20,000 nucleotides of DNA from sequence record SRR2962707_940; one strand, written 5' to 3'. Every line of letters starts with the position of its first letter. The first letter of the stretch is position 1. Position numbers and translations under genes: made by a program. The notes beneath the pieces are model-generated. The model did no database searches. It saw only the letters and a list, made by a program, of their open reading frames with translations, and was not told the DNA's origin. Shown here one piece after another: positions 17,777 to 20,000 of the stretch.

Positions 17777-19873
17777 ATGGTGAAACGCGTGGCCGCTCGC
17801 TCGAAATTAGCACGCACGCTCTATTATGGTTTCATGGCCAGCTCTGCGCTGGTTATGGGCGTTGGTGTGGTTTATCTTTTTGCGCCGCGCGACTTAAGTT
17901 TGGAAACATCAAACATAGAAGATCAGCATGTATCTTCGATTACAGCTACAGAAAAGCCGGTTTCTCTTACGATTCCCCTCGAACTGAAAACGCTAGAACC
18001 CATTGATTTATCGAACCTTATTCTTGAAAAAGCTCTGGCATCATTTAAAAATGGGGATTTTGGTGCCGTGCGCGAAGCCCAAGATTCGATGGTTAAAGGC
18101 GGCGTTGATTATCAGCTTATTGAGTGGTTGCTTGCCACATCAGGCAGCGGCGCTGTGTCTGCTAGTGAGCTGCGTAAGGCGCAAAAACTACTTGCCGATT
18201 GGCCTAGCCAAACCACGATAGCGCGTAATTTAGAGCGCGCGATGGCGAAAAACCCGCTGACGGTGGCGCAGATGCGCCTAACGCGGGGCGATACGCCGCC
18301 GGAAACCTTTCAAGGCGCTTATGCGCTTGCCCGCACCTATATTTTGACCGGCAATGAGAAAGCAGCGCGGGAACTTCTTGCGCCTTTTTGGCATGATGAA
18401 GCGCTCAGCCAATCCAATGAAAAGGCCGTGATCGAGCATTTTAAAGATGTATTGACGCCGCGCGATCACGAAATTCGCTTTTTCAATATGATGGTGCGTG
18501 AGCGCATTTCATCGGCAGGCATAGTTGCGGAAGCAATGAATTGGCAAGAACTCCATAAAGCATGGGCGGCGGTTATCCGCACGCAAAAACAAGCGCCCAA
18601 GCTGATGGATGCGCTCAGCGAGACGGACAAGAAAACGGCGGCCTATGCCTTTATGCGCGTTGAATATTTGCGCCGCAAAGAACAAGACGATGAGGCGATC
18701 AAAATTTTGAACGCACTGCCCGCCGATGCCGATTATCTGATTAATCCCGATCTTTGGTGGAATGAACGGCGTATCATATCGCGCCATAAATTTGAGCAAG
18801 GCGATGCCGAAGCCGCATTTTCATTGGCGCAAGGCCAGATTGGCGGCGATGAAGAAACGCAGGTTGATGCAGCTTTTCATGCTGGTTGGTATGCGCTGCG
18901 CGGCTTGAAGGACAAAGCCAAGGCTGCGCCGTATTTTGAAAAGATTACCGAGATCGCAAAAGGCGATATTTCGCTATCGCGTGGCTATTATTGGTTGGCG
19001 CGTGCCAGTGAAGTTGAAAAATCCGCGACTGATAATTTCGAGAAAGCGGCATCATTTTCAAAGACTTACTATGGCATTCTTGCCGCTGAAGCCTTGGGCA
19101 AAGCGCCTGCTCTGCCAGGCATCCCGCAGATGGCCGAAGCTGCTCCAAGTGCTGCGCCAGTTCTAGCGATTGACCGGCTTGTGGCGGCAAATGAACCGCA
19201 GATGGCGCGTAATCTCTATTTAGCTTTGGCTTGGCATTTGGACGATCCGGCGCAATTGCGGCTTCTGTCTGAACATGCGCAGCGTCAGGGTGATTATTAT
19301 GCAGCGCTAAAGATTGCGAAAACCGCCGATTGGCGCGGTATTAATGTCGGGCTTTTAACCCATCCGCTTGGCGCGATATCCAACGCAACCGGCTTAGAGC
19401 CGCAAGATCATGCGCTGGCCTATGCCGTGGCGCGTCAAGAAAGCGAATTTAACGTCGGCGCGGTCTCATCGGCCAAGGCGCAAGGGCTTTTGCAGGTACT
19501 ACCGGCCACAGCCAAACAGATGGCGCAGAAAATCGGCCTAGCCTATGCGCCTGAAAAGCTCACCAGCGATGCCAATTATAACGCAAGGCTCGGCACGGCC
19601 TATCTTGATTCGCAGCTTGCAGCCTTTGATGGCTCATACATATTGACGTTTGTGGCTTATAATGCCGGTCCGCGCCGCGCAAAGGAATGGATTGAGCGCT
19701 TCGGTGATCCGCGCGGTCAATCGCTTGACGAGATTATCGATTGGGTAGAGAAAATTCCCTACCCCGAAACGCGCAATTACGTTCAGCGGCTGATTGAAAA
19801 TCTGCAAGTCTATAAAATGCAACTCGGGCAATCGGCATCGATCAGCAATGATCTGCAATTTGGTAAGCGCTAG
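17777..19873 (+). CDS. slt: Soluble lytic murein transglycosylase (Slt70-like)
   Basis: N-terminal hydrophobic anchor or signal, long helical region, and a C-terminal SLT domain with RQESEF (catalytic Glu), GLLQVLP, AYNAG and IPYPETRNYVQR. The exact start codon is uncertain. Confidence 0.92.
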   Translation: MVKRVAARSKLARTLYYGFMASSALVMGVGVVYLFAPRDLSLETSNIEDQHVSSITATEKPVSLTIPLELKTLEPIDLSNLILEKALASFKNGDFGAVREAQDSMVKGGVDYQLIEWLLATSGSGAVSASELRKAQKLLADWPSQTTIARNLERAMAKNPLTVAQMRLTRGDTPPETFQGAYALARTYILTGNEKAARELLAPFWHDEALSQSNEKAVIEHFKDVLTPRDHEIRFFNMMVRERISSAGIVAEAMNWQELHKAWAAVIRTQKQAPKLMDALSETDKKTAAYAFMRVEYLRRKEQDDEAIKILNALPADADYLINPDLWWNERRIISRHKFEQGDAEAAFSLAQGQIGGDEETQVDAAFHAGWYALRGLKDKAKAAPYFEKITEIAKGDISLSRGYYWLARASEVEKSATDNFEKAASFSKTYYGILAAEALGKAPALPGIPQMAEAAPSAAPVLAIDRLVAANEPQMARNLYLALAWHLDDPAQLRLLSEHAQRQGDYYAALKIAKTADWRGINVGLLTHPLGAISNATGLEPQDHALAYAVARQESEFNVGAVSSAKAQGLLQVLPATAKQMAQKIGLAYAPEKLTSDANYNARLGTAYLDSQLAAFDGSYILTFVAYNAGPRRAKEWIERFGDPRGQSLDEIIDWVEKIPYPETRNYVQRLIENLQVYKMQLGQSASISNDLQFGKR

Positions 19874-19952
19874 ACCAACGACGCAGTCACAATCTTTTTT
19901 TGATGAAGCTAAGTATCTGAAAGACATGTGCAATCAACATTTCACTACGCAT

Positions 19953-19983
19953 AAAAAAACCCGGCAGTTACCTGCCGGGTTTT
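19953..19983. terminator. Bidirectional intrinsic terminator downstream of slt
   Basis: AAAACCCGGCAG-TTAC-CTGCCGGGTTTT, a perfect 12-bp stem with A7 on the left. It probably also serves a convergent gene outside the window. Confidence 0.88.
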
Positions 19984-20000
19984 CTCATTCAAGTCTGATA

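Noticed and set aside
576-19933. Many 60-180 aa alternative-frame and antisense ORFs in the track
   Set aside because: They overlap well-supported genes and have atypical composition with no motifs.
1-20000. CRISPR array, tRNA, rRNA, tmRNA, prophage or defence genes
   Set aside because: No repeat-spacer pattern or structural RNA signature was found. The intergenic gaps are short and nearly all of the sequence is assigned to housekeeping genes.

Overview
A roughly 50% GC chromosomal window from an alphaproteobacterium of the Rhizobiales/Hyphomicrobiales type, inferred from gene order and protein style; the genus cannot be fixed from sequence alone. Most of it is conserved housekeeping backbone: slt / dapA-smpB-msrC(fRMsr) / udg / rpoZ-rel(spoT)-pyrE-DUF2062-acpS-lepB-rnc-era-recO, then an MFS transporter and the de novo NAD operon nadA-nadB-nadC. 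The left end holds the 3' tail of an MscS-family gene, an NCS1 nucleobase permease and a serine-resolvase homologue. No rRNA, tRNA, CRISPR array, transposase or prophage was seen. The most unusual element is the resolvase-like gene. Its ORF is intact and full length and keeps the nucleophile Ser and the C-terminal GRP/HTH DNA-binding module, but it has lost most other catalytic motifs. It sits divergently from the NCS1 permease, across a spacer carrying four CG(T/A)GCA repeats, which suggests a recombinase domesticated into a regulator (hypothesis). Secondary points: a promoter-plus-terminator arrangement directly in front of the rel ribosome-binding site, an in-frame smpB TAG-ATG msrC junction, NtrC-like boxes between dapA and slt, and a small ORF where an NYN-domain gene is often found.
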